This document shows positions 25,179 through 37,490 of a DNA stretch of 64,000 bases, in pieces; within the stretch, counting starts at the first letter, position 1, and each line of letters opens with the position of its first letter. The DNA comes from Octopus bimaculoides (Eukaryota), in contig NC_068986.1 in the NCBI RefSeq assembly GCF_001194135.2, positions 38,400,605-38,464,604 on the forward strand. Reading direction: 5' to 3'. The notes beneath the pieces are model-generated. The model did no database searches and had not been told where the DNA came from. It saw only the letters and a list, made by a program, of their open reading frames with translations. The translations under genes and the position numbers were made by a program.

Positions 25179-25875
25179 CATATGAGCAACCAGTTTTATT
25201 TGACAAGTACAGAGATAATGTGTCTTTATAAATGTTGTTGTTTAACCCTCATCCTCTGAGATAGTCAGTACAAGGCAGACCTATCATCAATGATATTCCA
25301 GCCATGAACATCCAGTTCATTTTTGTATATCCAGAACTACAAAATGCAGAATTTTTTAAATTTTTTTATTTCTTTGGTTATCTATTTTTTAAACCCAAAT
25401 ATAATAAATATATTTTCAGCAATTAATTACAAGAAGTATAAAAAAAGGATTTTTTAGTTTCATAATTATTTAAAAAGCTAGGACTTTAAATAAGATTAAA
25501 TCAACAAAAGTATATTCCAGTATAATAATTTTCTATTATATGTGCTGCTTCAGAAAGCCACAGGTTCTTCAACCTTATCTTTGACCACAGGTCTTCTTGA
25601 TCAAGACTGATCTGAGACTGGAGAATAACAGCAGTCAAATCACCATCATCATCATTTAATGTCCACTTTTCTGTGCTTGCATGGGTCGGGTGTAATTTGG
25701 TGAGGAAGATTCTTTATGGCCATGTGCCCTTCCTGTTGCCAGTTCTCACCTGTTTTCAAACAAGGTAATATTTCTCTTTCTCCGTGGCCAGACATGCTTT
25801 CCCATGGAAGACAGGAAATTAACAACATTATTTGTATAATAGTGACACTCATTTACAACCATCACATGATGTCAA

Positions 25876-25947
<72 letters not shown>

Positions 25948-27220
25948 NNNNNNNNNNNNNNNNNNNNNNNNNNNNNNNNNNNNNNNNNNNNNNNNNNNNN
26001 NNNNNNNNNNNNNNNNNNNNNNNNNNNNNNNNNNNNNNNNNNNNNNNNNNNNNNNNNNNNNNNNNNNNNNNNNNNNNNNNNNNNNNNNNNNNNNNNNNNN
26101 NNNNNNNNNNNNNNNNNNNNNNNNNNNNNNNNNNNNNNNNNNNNNNNNNNNNNNNNNNNNNNNNNNNNNNNNNNNNNNNNNNNNNNNNNNNNNNNNNNNN
26201 NNNNNNNNNNNNNNNNNNNNNNNNNNNNNNNNNNNNNNNNNNNNNNNNNNNNNNNNNNNNNNNNNNNNNNNNNNNNNNNNNNNNNNNNNNNNNNNNNNNN
26301 NNNNNNNNNNNNNNNNNNNNNNNNNNNNNNNNNNNNNNNNNNNNNNNNNNNNNNNNNNNNNNNNNNNNNNNNNNNNNNNNNNNNNNNNNNNNNNNNNNNN
26401 NNNNNNNNNNNNNNNNNNNNNNNNNNNNNNNNNNNNNNNNNNNNNNNNNNNNNNNNNNNNNNNNNNNNNNNNNNNNNNNNNNNNNNNNNNNNNNNNNNNN
26501 NNNNNNNNNNNNNNNNNNNNNNNNNNNNNNNNNNNNNNNNNNNNNNNNNNNNNNNNNNNNNNNNNNNNNNNNNNNNNNNNNNNNNNNNNNNNNNNNNNNN
26601 NNNNNNNNNNNNNNNNNNNNNNNNNNNNNNNNNNNNNNNNNNNNNNNNNNNNNNNNNNNNNNNNNNNNNNNNNNNNNNNNNNNNNNNNNNNNNNNNNNNN
26701 NNNNNNNNNNNNNNNNNNNNNNNNNNNNNNNNNNNNNNNNNNNNNNNNNNNNNNNNNNNNNNNNNNNNATATATGCATATGTATATACATACTTAGACTA
26801 TGAGGTGTTTAGTTTTCCTATGGCCAGACATGTTTTGTATAGTATAGTGAAAATGAGTGACACTGCTTTTATGAGAGTGACACTCATTGATGATCATCAA
26901 GCAATGTCAAGACAAGGAGCCACACACACACACACACACACACGCATGCATACACATGTACACACACACATGCATAAAAGCCATAGAGTCAAGGAAGTAT
27001 GAGAGAAATATATCTTTATTTAATTACATGACAGGATTACATTCATCTTGCAACCTCCTTCATGTAGCATTAACTTTAGTGTGGAAGGAATTATGCTTGT
27101 ATGTTTGCATTAATATGTGTGCTCAGCATTATAAAATACAATTGTATATTTACAAATTAATGCAAATAATATGCACGTGTATGCATGCATGCACACACAC
27201 ACATACACACACACACACAC

Positions 27221-27312
<92 letters not shown>

Positions 27313-27800
27313 GATATGAAGAGCTTTCATCAGGATGATTCAAACTAATAGGTATGTGCTCTAAGTGCTCAAAGTGGTGTGCCACCAAAATTCCAGTTTG
27401 AACAGCAGCTGAAGTCATAGTTTTGTAATTGTCTTGTTCAAAACAGCTAAAGGTGGCTTTCCTTTGAGTAGTTATAGGTTAAAGTAGTGAAGAAAAAGAT
27501 AAACAATTAAATGTCTTTGTTCAGCCTTGCCTAATTGTTTGCCTTTCCTCGCTACTATACATACATATATTATGTGTGTGTGCACACGCACGTGTGTGTG
27601 TGTGTGTATGCAACAGGCTTCTTTCAATTTCCATCTACCAAACCCACTCACAAAGCTTTGGTTGGCCCAGGACATTAGTAGGAGACACTTGTCCAAAACA
27701 CAATGCAGTAAGTCTGAACATAAAACCACATGGTTGGGAAACAAGCTTAACCTCACAGCTACAACTGTACCAATTTGTAACCAATAAAAGATAATCAACT

Positions 27801-27901
27801 GAGATCAGTATTTTGTATCCTGTTAGCATTACATATATATATATATATAGGCAGTGTCAGCTATGGAAAGTTAAGCTAACAGGATACAAAATACTGATCT
27901 C
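27801..27901. repeat. 27-bp perfect inverted repeat at the 5' junction of the Penelope-like fragment
   Basis: gagatcagtattttgtatcctgttagc (27801-27827) / gctaacaggatacaaaatactgatctc (27875-27901). Confidence 0.9.
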
Positions 27902-28745
27902 TCTGTTATTTTAACAGCTAGAAAATCAGTAATTAAGTTCGATAATAAATATGGGGTTCAAAAAGATTCCTATAATTCATTTGACATAACCATGGGGTCT
28001 GTGGATTCTGCCCAGGTAATGGACCTAGTAGGCATATTCATTCTGTATAACTTGAATAATGAATTTCCTGAAACTATGGTTAGATTATATAGGAATGATG
28101 CACTGTTTCTCGTTAAAAACCCATCAAATAAGAAATTGAAACTATATAAGAAAAAAATTGCCTAAATTCTTTAAAAATTATGGTCTTTCAATCTTTATTG
28201 AAAAAGAAAATAACTCAGTCAATTTTTTGGATATTAACTTTAATCTTGCAACTGGTAGATATGAACCATATTATAAGCCTAACATGAATCTAAGATATAT
28301 TTATAATCTAAGAAATCATCCAAAATCAATAAAATACACATTAATTAAAAACATAGAAAAGAGACTAACTTATCTCTCATATAATGAAACGATCTATAAA
28401 AATGCTAATTTCTATAATAATGCACTTGAAAAAGCAGGATGTAAGGATAAGATAAAATATCATAGACCGAATGAATACATGCTTAATGAAAATAGTGAAA
28501 ATAAAATAAGGAGTAACCCAAATATAATATATAATGAATGGATTAAAACTACAGATAATGGTAAAATAAAGAAAGTATAGATAGAAAAATAAAATTTTGA
28601 TTAGATAAACCCTTTGATAAATGGCCAAAATTTTAAAGATGAAGAATAATAAACAGATTGTAAAAATAAATACTAAAGTTGAATCTAAACTCATGAAACC
28701 TGATATTAAATATGGTAATAATAAATATGAAAAAAATTGGTAAGG
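27875..28745 (+). mobile_element. Penelope-like retroelement reverse transcriptase fragment (pseudogene)
   Basis: ILTARKSVIKFDNKYGVQKDSYNSFDITMGSVDSAQVMDLVGIFIL...LYRNDAL (decayed YRDDGL); frameshift in an A run into ORF 28158-28580 (VNFLDINFNL...YYKPN...NHPKSI). Confidence 0.85.
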
Positions 28746-28759
28746 TAAGCAGATGATTC

Positions 28760-28795
28760 CTTTCTGTCAAAGAGTGTATGCTCAAAATGTAAAAG
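28760..28795 (+). ncRNA. CpG-decayed minimal hammerhead ribozyme in the Penelope terminal repeat
   Basis: cttt-ctgtcaaa-gagt-gtat-gctc-aaaatgta-aaag aligns without gaps to cttt-CTGACGAA-gagc-gtag-gctc-GAAACGTA-aaag; 4 of 6 differences are CpG-type transitions. Confidence 0.6.
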
Positions 28796-29639
28796 ACTCT
28801 TCCATTTTTCCTGAGTGTTAAACTAATACACCTGTTTGTTGTTCCTACACCTGTCTTCGTCTTTTNNNNNNNNNNNNNNNNNNNNNNNNNNNNNNNNNNN
28901 NNNNNNNNNNNNNNNNNNNNNNNNNNNNNNNNNNNNNNNNNNNNNNNNNNNNNNNNNNNNNNNNNNNNNNNNNNNNNNNNNNNNNNNNNNNNNNNNNNNN
29001 NNNNNNNNNNNNNNNNNNNNNNNNNNNNNNNNNNNNNNNNNNNNNNNNNNNNNNNNNNNNNNNNNNNNNNNNNNNNNNNNNNNNNNNNNNNNNNNNNNNN
29101 NNNNNNNNNNNNNNNNNNNNNNNNNNNNNNNNNNNNNNNNNNNNNNNNNNNNNNNNNNNNNNNNNNNNNNNNNNNNNNNNNNNNNNNNNNNNNNNNNNNN
29201 NNNNNNNNNNNNNNNNNNNNNNNNNNNNNNNNNNNNNNNNNNNNNNNNNNNNNNNNNNNNNNNNNNNNNNNNNNNNNNNNNNNNNNNNNNNNNNNNNNNN
29301 NNNNNNNNNNNNNNNNNNNNNNNNNNNNNNNNNNNNNNNNNNNNNNNNNNNNNNNNNNNNNNNNNNNNNNNNNNNNNNNNNNNNNNNNNNNNNNNNNNNN
29401 NNNNNNNNNNNNNNNNNNNNNNNNNNNNNNNNNNNNNNNNNNNNNNNNNNNNNNNNNNNNNNNNNNNNNNNNNNNNNNNNNNNNNNNNNNNNNNNNNNNN
29501 NNNNNNNNNNNNNNNNNNNNNNNNNNNNNNNNNNNNNNNNNNNNNNNNNNNNNNNNNNNNNNNNNNNNNNNNNNNNNNNNNNNNNNNNNNNNNNNNNNNN
29601 NNNNNNNNNNNNNNNNNNNNNNNNNNNNNNNNNNAGGAT

Positions 29640-30434
29640 GTGTAGAATATTTCAGGACATTTATATTTATTAAAAAAACAGGTATATAATAACAGATAAT
29701 AACTTTATTTATCAAAAAATGCTATGAGGATAAAAATAAACATTCTTTTCTATAATGTTATTCAATAAAGCCACCTTCAGCTTCAACAACTGCTTCTATG
29801 TGAGATCTAAATCATCTACATGCCCATATCAAGCGGTCCTGGTTCATTTTGGACATTACACTGACTATGGCAGCTTTCAAAGAATCTTTGGTGTTATGGG
29901 TGTATTCATTGACCTCTCTCTCAACAACCCTCCACACAATTGTCCAATGGATTGAGACCTGGGGAATTAGGAGGCCAGATATTAGGGGTTATGTGATCAT
30001 GAAAATGTTCAGCCATCTATTCCTGTGTTACTAGAGTCATGTGTGATAGTGCAGAGTCTCACTGAAACACATATGGCTTTCCATTGCCTACACTGTCTAT
30101 CCAGGGCTTAACAATTATTTCCAGAGTTAACTCTGTGGAAAGAAGTTAGGAGGCATCACATGTCCTTCATTGCTGACAACCCCTAAAACCATGACAATTG
30201 CAGGAAGTTCAGAAGGGTCTGCACATACCATCTGTCATTTCTTCTGTTAACTTTTTGATCATGGTCAAAGTTTTTCTCATTTGAGAAAAACCAAATCAAA
30301 TCTTCTTCTGCTGGATTTTTCAGTTTGTTTAAGAACCTTTTAGATCTGATGTAGTGATTTTCTTTTGCCTTTTTTGACAAATTAACCTTTCCTCATCATA
30401 TAAGACTTATCTCTGATGTCTTCGCAGACAACAT
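29640..30434 (-). mobile_element. Tc1/mariner DD37D-type transposase relic, family 1 (cut by gaps)
   Basis: LIWFFSNEKNFDHDQKVNRRNDRW; matches 44891-45545. Confidence 0.85.
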
Positions 30435-31271
30435 NNNNNNNNNNNNNNNNNNNNNNNNNNNNNNNNNNNNNNNNNNNNNNNNNNNNNNNNNNNNNNNNNN
30501 NNNNNNNNNNNNNNNNNNNNNNNNNNNNNNNNNNNNNNNNNNNNNNNNNNNNNNNNNNNNNNNNNNNNNNNNNNNNNNNNNNNNNNNNNNNNNNNNNNNN
30601 NNNNNNNNNNNNNNNNNNNNNNNNNNNNNNNNNNNNNNNNNNNNNNNNNNNNNNNNNNNNNNNNNNNNNNNNNNNNNNNNNNNNNNNNNNNNNNNNNNNN
30701 NNNNNNNNNNNNNNNNNNNNNNNNNNNNNNNNNNNNNNNNNNNNNNNNNNNNNNNNNNNNNNNNNNNNNNNNNNNNNNNNNNNNNNNNNNNNNNNNNNNN
30801 NNNNNNNNNNNNNNNNNNNNNNNNNNNNNNNNNNNNNNNNNNNNNNNNNNNNNNNNNNNNNNNNNNNNNNNNNNNNNNNNNNNNNNNNNNNNNNNNNNNN
30901 NNNNNNNNNNNNNNNNNNNNNNNNNNNNNNNNNNNNNNNNNNNNNNNNNNNNNNNNNNNNNNNNNNNNNNNNNNNNNNNNNNNNNNNNNNNNNNNNNNNN
31001 NNNNNNNNNNNNNNNNNNNNNNNNNNNNNNNNNNNNNNNNNNNNNNNNNNNNNNNNNNNNNNNNNNNNNNNNNNNNNNNNNNNNNNNNNNNNNNNNNNNN
31101 NNNNNNNNNNNNNNNNNNNNNNNNNNNNNNNNNNNNNNNNNNNNNNNNNNNNNNNNNNNNNNNNNNNNNNNNNNNNNNNNNNNNNNNNNNNNNNNNNNNN
31201 NNNNNNNNNNNNNNNNNNNNNNNNNNNNNNNNNNNNNNNNNNNNNNNNNNNNNNNNNNNNNNNNNNNNNNN

Positions 31272-31317
<46 letters not shown>

Positions 31318-31631
31318 TATACATATACATATATATGTGTATGTGTGTGTGTGTGTGTGTGTAAATGTATCTATTTATGTGTATGTGTTTGTGTCTATGT
31401 TCGTACCTCCACTGTTGCTTGACAACTGATGTTGGAGTGTTTATGTCTCTGTAACTTAGCAGGTTGGCAAAAATGACTGATAGAATAAGAACTATGCTCA
31501 CAAAGGATAAGTTCTGTCATTGATTTCTTCAACTAAAAACCCCTTTAAGGTGGTGCTCCAGCATAACCGCAGTTGAATGACTGAAACAAATACAAGAATA
31601 AAAGAATATATACATACATACATACATACAT

Positions 31632-31850
31632 GCAAATAAAAATATGCAAATAAAAATATGCACGACTTTTCTCAACTTCCAAATGTGAATTTGTCTCTGT
31701 TAAACTACATCCCAAAGGTGGGGCCTTGTGTCTTTGTTGGAAACCGGTTCCCTCCTCAGTGGAAGATTTATAATAATTAAAAAACAGAAGAGAAATACAT
31801 ACATACATACATACATACATACATACATACATACATACATACATACATGT
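31632..31850 (+). mobile_element. RLE-type (R4/Dong-like) LINE extreme 3' end with (ACAT)n tail
   Basis: IKICTTFLNFQM* followed by a 3' UTR homologous to 52100-52240 (minus); (ACAT)n on both sides. Confidence 0.7.
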
Positions 31851-32158
31851 AATGTCTCTTCAACACATTCAACATTTCTCATAGGTAATATCTTTTAAGA
31901 AGAGAATACATAAATAAGTAGACAAATGAATAATGTGTTAAGTTTATTAAGTGAAGGTTATTTGATATGAAGAACAATAAGTATCTTAAGTTTTCATGAT
32001 TTGTAAGGTCAGTGAATTGTTTTTAGGCCGACTACTCACTGACTATCTATAATCTTGGATGGAGATCATAGTATCAGATCATATTTATTTGTATACGGTG
32101 CATTCTAATTTGTTGTGTATGTAACTATATATGCATGTGTTTGTGTATATGCACGTGC

Positions 32159-32189
<31 letters not shown>

Positions 32190-32306
32190 NNNNNNNNNNN
32201 NNNNNNNNNNNNNNNNNNNNNNNNNNNNNNNNNNNNNNNNNNNNNNNNNNNNNNNNNNNNNNNNNNNNNNNNNNNNNNNNNNNNNNNNNNNNNNNNNNNN
32301 NNNNNN

Positions 32307-32362
<56 letters not shown>

Positions 32363-33082
32363 ATGAGTGTACTTCAGTTGAGATCATTTCATACACATAT
32401 CCAGTGGGTGTATAGAGTAAATAATTTCAAATGTGCATATCCATTACTGCTGACTTTCAAATCTTGTAGCTTAAGAATGATGAAGTAGCTGTGCAGTCAT
32501 TTAACATGCTAGAAAGAGCAGCTAAATTTGTCTCAAATCACACATTACTATCTTGAATAAAGTGTACATTGGATAATGTTATCCACAATACATGAAAAAT
32601 AGAATGGCCTGGGCTAAAATCTCTTTTGATTATAGCTCTGTACAATCATGGTTGATCTGAGGGTAAAGAAGCCAGTCAAGGAGCCACTATGCAGTTGCTT
32701 GACCTGTTAGAAATAGCGACCAAATATCCCTCGAATCACACCCAACTATCTTCAAAAAGGACATAGACAAAGGTAGAGAGCTTTTGTGCACTTGCTTGAC
32801 AGGCTAGAAATAATAATCAAATATCCCTCAAATCACACTCTGCTACATATTCATGGAGGTGGCAGTTTAAAAGGAACATTGCTAGGCCATTTAGAACAAA
32901 GAATCATTTGAATCTTAGCTTCATTGGTTCCACCTTGGCAATCATATTCATCATATGCTCATTGCTGCTCTAAATTTAAAAGTTGTTCTTTATTCAACAT
33001 CTTCTTCAGTCAGCTTATACTCTGAGTATCTTTATTTCCTTAAGGTAAATTTATCACTTATAAATCATGAATCATTTACATT

Positions 33083-33262
33083 ATATATTCTTTTACTTGT
33101 TTCAGTCATTTGACTGTGGCCATGCTGGAGCATCACCTCGTAGGGTTTTCTTAGACTAGGCTTATTATTTGTAAGCCTAGTATTTATTCTACTGCTTTTT
33201 TGTTTTTTACTGAATTGCTAAGTTACAGGGACATGAACACACTGACAAACACAGACACACAC

Positions 33263-33335
<73 letters not shown>

Positions 33336-33493
33336 ACTGGCTTCTTTCAGTTTCCATTTACCAAATCCATTTACAAGGCTTTAGTCAACCCAAGGCTATA
33401 GATAGTAGAAAACATTTGCCCAAGGTGCCACACAGTGGGACTGAACCCAGAACCATGTGGTTGAGAAGCAGGCTTCTTACCACACAGCCATGC
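33083..33493 (-). mobile_element. SINE family B
   Basis: Full head, (TA)n core and tail. Confidence 0.85.
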
Positions 33494-33587
33494 CTACATC
33501 GTCATTGTCAGTGATAACTCATATTCAAGTTCTAAATCTGTAGCCATTGACTGAGCCTCTATCTTAATAGGGGTAAGAAAAGGTATG

Positions 33588-33990
33588 TACCATCATAGAG
33601 GTCAACTGCTCTGATGATATAAAAATCACTCCAAAAAATCACAGAGAAAGAAGACAGTTATGGATAATTACTTCAGAACCTACAGTTTCCAAACCCCAAT
33701 TATAAATCCACATCTATACCAATAATAATTGAGGCACTTGATTTTGTTAGTAAACACCTAAAAAACAATCTGGAAATGCTTGAGTTTTCATAGTAAGGAC
33801 AATGAATCACCTAACATGCACATTACAAATATAACCTGTAAGTGGAATAATAAGAATGTGCAAGACTTTCCAAAATGTGACATCGTTTTTGTTACTTACA
33901 TTCCAACAACAGAGCATTGCATCTTTGTTAGAAAGCAATTCCTTCCTTACAGGAATACTTCAAATAATTAAAAACAAAAGGGAATATATC
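33588..33990 (+). mobile_element. RLE-type LINE 3' fragment, old
   Basis: KITEKEDSYG*LLQNLQFPNPNYKSTSIPIIIEALDFVSKHLKNNLEMLEFS...IRMCKTFQN, homologous to ORF 54111-54314. Confidence 0.75.
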
Positions 33991-34232
33991 ATCATCATCA
34001 ACAGCAGCAGCAGTAGCAGCATATGCATAAAGAAAATGTTTTTAAAATGTTGATAGTGACATCAAAGTTTCAATTATGGTCAGCTTTGTCAAACATTCTG
34101 ATCATTGCTGGATATTTAAAGCACTATTAATTTTTTCATAGTAAAAATAAATTTTATATCCTACACATACATATTGTGAATTTTACATTTAATGTTTGAA
34201 TGTTTTTATGTGCAATCATGCATAAAACGCAC

Positions 34233-34291
<59 letters not shown>

Positions 34292-34861
34292 TAGATAGAT
34301 AGATGTGTGTGTGTGTGTGTGTGTGTGTGTACTCAAGGTTATGTTAGTGTAATTTGAGAAAGATTTGGCTGGTTCTTGTGCTACTTGTGTAATATAGAGC
34401 AACTACATAGAGGCTAACTCTTTGGCTTATGGCCAAACAAACTCTCAATTGTTTGGTAAACAGAAGCAATAATTTCCCCCCAACTTCTTCACTCTTACAA
34501 ATTCTTGCCACTTTTTCTTCTTCCAGCAATCCATCTAAATGGTTGAGAGCCATCAATTTATGGTTAAACATATTCTTAGATACTAAAGTACATCAGCATA
34601 TATTTCTGTCTTCCAATCATACAAGACAACTCCGTTCTTTGGTTGCTGTTGGACTTTTTTCTAGTTCCTTTACTAAGCAGCTGTTTTTTCATAAAGCCAC
34701 TTTTCTGCTATTTAAATCTCATGTGTAAGTTCTTCTATAGCTGGTTTTCTCACCCCATTCCTTTTCTTCTGCTTTATTTACCTCTTGGCAACTCTTTGAA
34801 AGTAACTCTACCTCCAATCTGATTTGTTCCAATAATTTGAATTTACACTTTTACTATAACA

Positions 34862-35985
34862 GTTTCAAAGTTTGGTCAATAGCCAGTAATTTTGAGGAGA
34901 GGGTAGTTGGTCAGTTACATAAACTCCAGTACTTGAGTGGTACTTTATTTTATCAACTCTGGAAGGATAAAAGACGAAGTCAACTCAGGTGAGATTTGAA
35001 CTCAGAACATAAAGAGCTGGAAGAAATGTCACTAAGCATTTTGTCCTATGTTGTAATGATTCTGCTAGCTCACTGCCTCCACATCATCTATAATGGCTTC
35101 AAGTTTTAACACAAAGGTGGTAATTTCAATGGGAGGGTGGTCAGCTGATTACATCAGCTCCAGTTCTTTACTGGTGCTTTATTTTATCGATCTCCCACCG
35201 AAAAAAAAAAAAAAAGGATGAAAGGCAAAGTTGATTCTGGTAGGATTTGAACTCAGGATGTAAAGAGGTGGAAGAAATGCCACTAAGCATTTTGTCCAAT
35301 GTGCAAACAATTCTGCTAGTTTGTTGCCTCCATTTTTACTATAATACAACAACAAACAAAGATATGTATGAGTAAAATATTGTTTTTTAAGTGTTATTAT
35401 TTGATCTTAAAAATAGCAATAACAATACAAATAGCACATAACAATGCTATTTCACTTACTTATGCTATGTACCTGAGAAGTTGTAGTTCACCTGAGCACT
35501 GTATACAATAAGCTCTTTATTATTAATGGTGAACAAAGGCAGCGAGCTGGTAGAATCATTTACATGCTGGACAAAATGTTTAGTGGAATTTTGCCTATCT
35601 GAGTTCAAATTTCATCGTGGTTGACATTGCTTTTCATCCTTTCAGGGTCAATAAAATAAGTACTAAGTAGGTACTGGGGTCGATGTAATTGACTTAACCC
35701 TACCCCTGAAATTGCTGGCCTTGTGCACAAATTTGAAAATATTATCAGTGATCAACAAAGGCAGCAAGCTGGCAGAATCATTGGCATACTGGACAAAATG
35801 CTTAATGAAATTTTGTCTGTCTTTATGTTCTGAGTTCAAATCCTACTGAGGTCGACTTTGCTTTTCATCCTTCTGGGGGCGGGGGGGAATAAAATAAGTA
35901 CCAGTGGAACACTGGGGTTCAATGTCATTGACTAGCACCCCACCTCCCCTCAAAATTTCAGGCCTTGTGTCAATAGCAGAAAGGA
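34862..35985. mobile_element. Cluster of four family A SINEs (two minus, then two plus)
   Basis: Minus copies at about 34862-35080 and 35095-35331; plus copies at about 35537-35735 and 35757-35985. Confidence 0.8.
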
Positions 35986-36505
35986 TTATTAATGGTATAC
36001 AGATACCAGAACCACAAATGATCTAAAACATTTAGTATTTGGCCCAAAATAGACCTACCTAAAACTTGTCTCTTAACATCAGATTTTTAAAACTTACAAT
36101 TGACATATACTGAGTAAACCTGGAATCAGTAAATTTACCTATTGGGTTGACAAAACGTTTATCCCAGTTATGGAACCCCTGTTCCACAAATAAAAGCTTT
36201 TGTGATATATTGCCTGGAAGTTTACCTTTTATCTTTTACTTGTTTCAGTCATTGGACTGGGGTCACGTAGGGGATTTTGCCTTGAAGGGTTTATCCAAAC
36301 AAATCAACTTCAGTAAACAAATAAACACTGACTATCAAGTGTTGGGAGAATGTACACAAACAGAAAAACACACAAACATAAATATAGATATAAGATAAAT
36401 ATATGGCATTAAACGCTAACTACAACAGATATATGTTTGTCCTTCACAAAAGAAGATTAGTCAGAAATGTAGCATCTGACAGATATTCAAAAAGCTCTCT
36501 CTTAA

Positions 36506-36724
36506 CCCTTTAGCATTCAGATTACTCTGTCGAATGTCATACTTATTCCATTCATATTGTTTTCAATTAATCATGCATTATCTTATAGTTTTGAGATTTC
36601 AATGATGTTGTTTAATTTTTAAAATGACATTTTAGGGTAGGTATGAGAGATCAGATCTGGCTGGTTTGAACATAAAACAGGTAGAATATTTGAACTGGAT
36701 TTGGCCAGTCTAAATACTAAAGAA
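36506..36724 (+). mobile_element. piggyBac-like MITE
   Basis: ttaa|ccctttagcattcag...aaatactaaagaa|ttaa. Confidence 0.8.
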
Positions 36725-36829
36725 TTAAAGAAATTTTGTTATGACCCCTTCTACCATTTTATAGGTAAATTGATTGGGTTAATTGATTGCTAATTATCTT
36801 TTCCAGTACATTGTTATGCAAACTCAGGT

Positions 36830-36990
36830 TACTCCTGAATGAGCAAACTCATGTTCAAATTGTATTCCAACAATGTCCATCCCAATATTGTTTTTAGGAG
36901 TATTAGGAAATACAATATACAATATATCCTTCTTTAGCCAAGACGGTGAGGTTTGCTTTGGCTGCCATTTTAAGTAGGTTAAGCGACCAT
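36830..36990 (-). repeat. Dispersed repeat of the ctgctagaaatagcagcc family (other copies near 20140, 32510, 48390, 61200)
   Basis: Minus strand acctacttaaaatggcagccaaa...gatggacattgttggaatac matches the other copies. Confidence 0.65.
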
Positions 36991-37410
36991 GCAGAGACAG
37001 CCTCTGATTGTTGCAGTTGATAATGGTTCTGCCACACCAATTATCATGAAAGCTACTTTCCTGTATCATCTAATTAATTTGTTAAGAATTACTTTGTTAA
37101 TTACAAGTCAGCAATTAATACCTAAGGTCCTAATCCAACAGCCTCAAATTGACAAACACGAGTCCACCCAACCCCCCAAAATAACTGAAGTCCCCACTCA
37201 CTCAATTCCTCTATTAACGAGTACATGAAGTAGACCTTGCATCCATATAACACTTCTTTTTTTGCCACGATGTTGGATGAGTTTAAAATCATCTTAATTT
37301 TGTTAAACATGACTCTTATCTGCACCCTTTTCAATCTTCACAGGAACCCTACCACCATCACCACCACCACCACAAGAAATGCTAACTCTAATTACCTTTG
37401 TCTTTAAGTC

Positions 37411-37490
37411 CTTAATTACATCACTCCTTCGTTATGTCTTTAATTACATCATTCCCTCGTCATTTTTAATTACATCACTCCATCATTATT
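37411..37490. repeat. ~28-bp minisatellite, 3 units
   Basis: ttaattacatca(c/t)tcc... three times. Confidence 0.8.

Noticed and set aside
25716-31429. Long ORFs of 270-430 aa in the ORF track (also 46610-47443 and others)
   Set aside because: They run through N gaps and microsatellites and are artefacts of unknown bases
33900-33957. Minus-strand exon-like segment IPVRKELLSNKDAMLCCWN with a GTAAGT donor
   Set aside because: It lies in the antisense of the RLE LINE 3' UTR (33588-33990)
36824-37069. ORF with an HEFAH (HExxH) metalloprotease-like motif
   Set aside because: The DNA aligns to the non-coding ctgctagaaatagcagcc dispersed repeat, so the motif is coincidental
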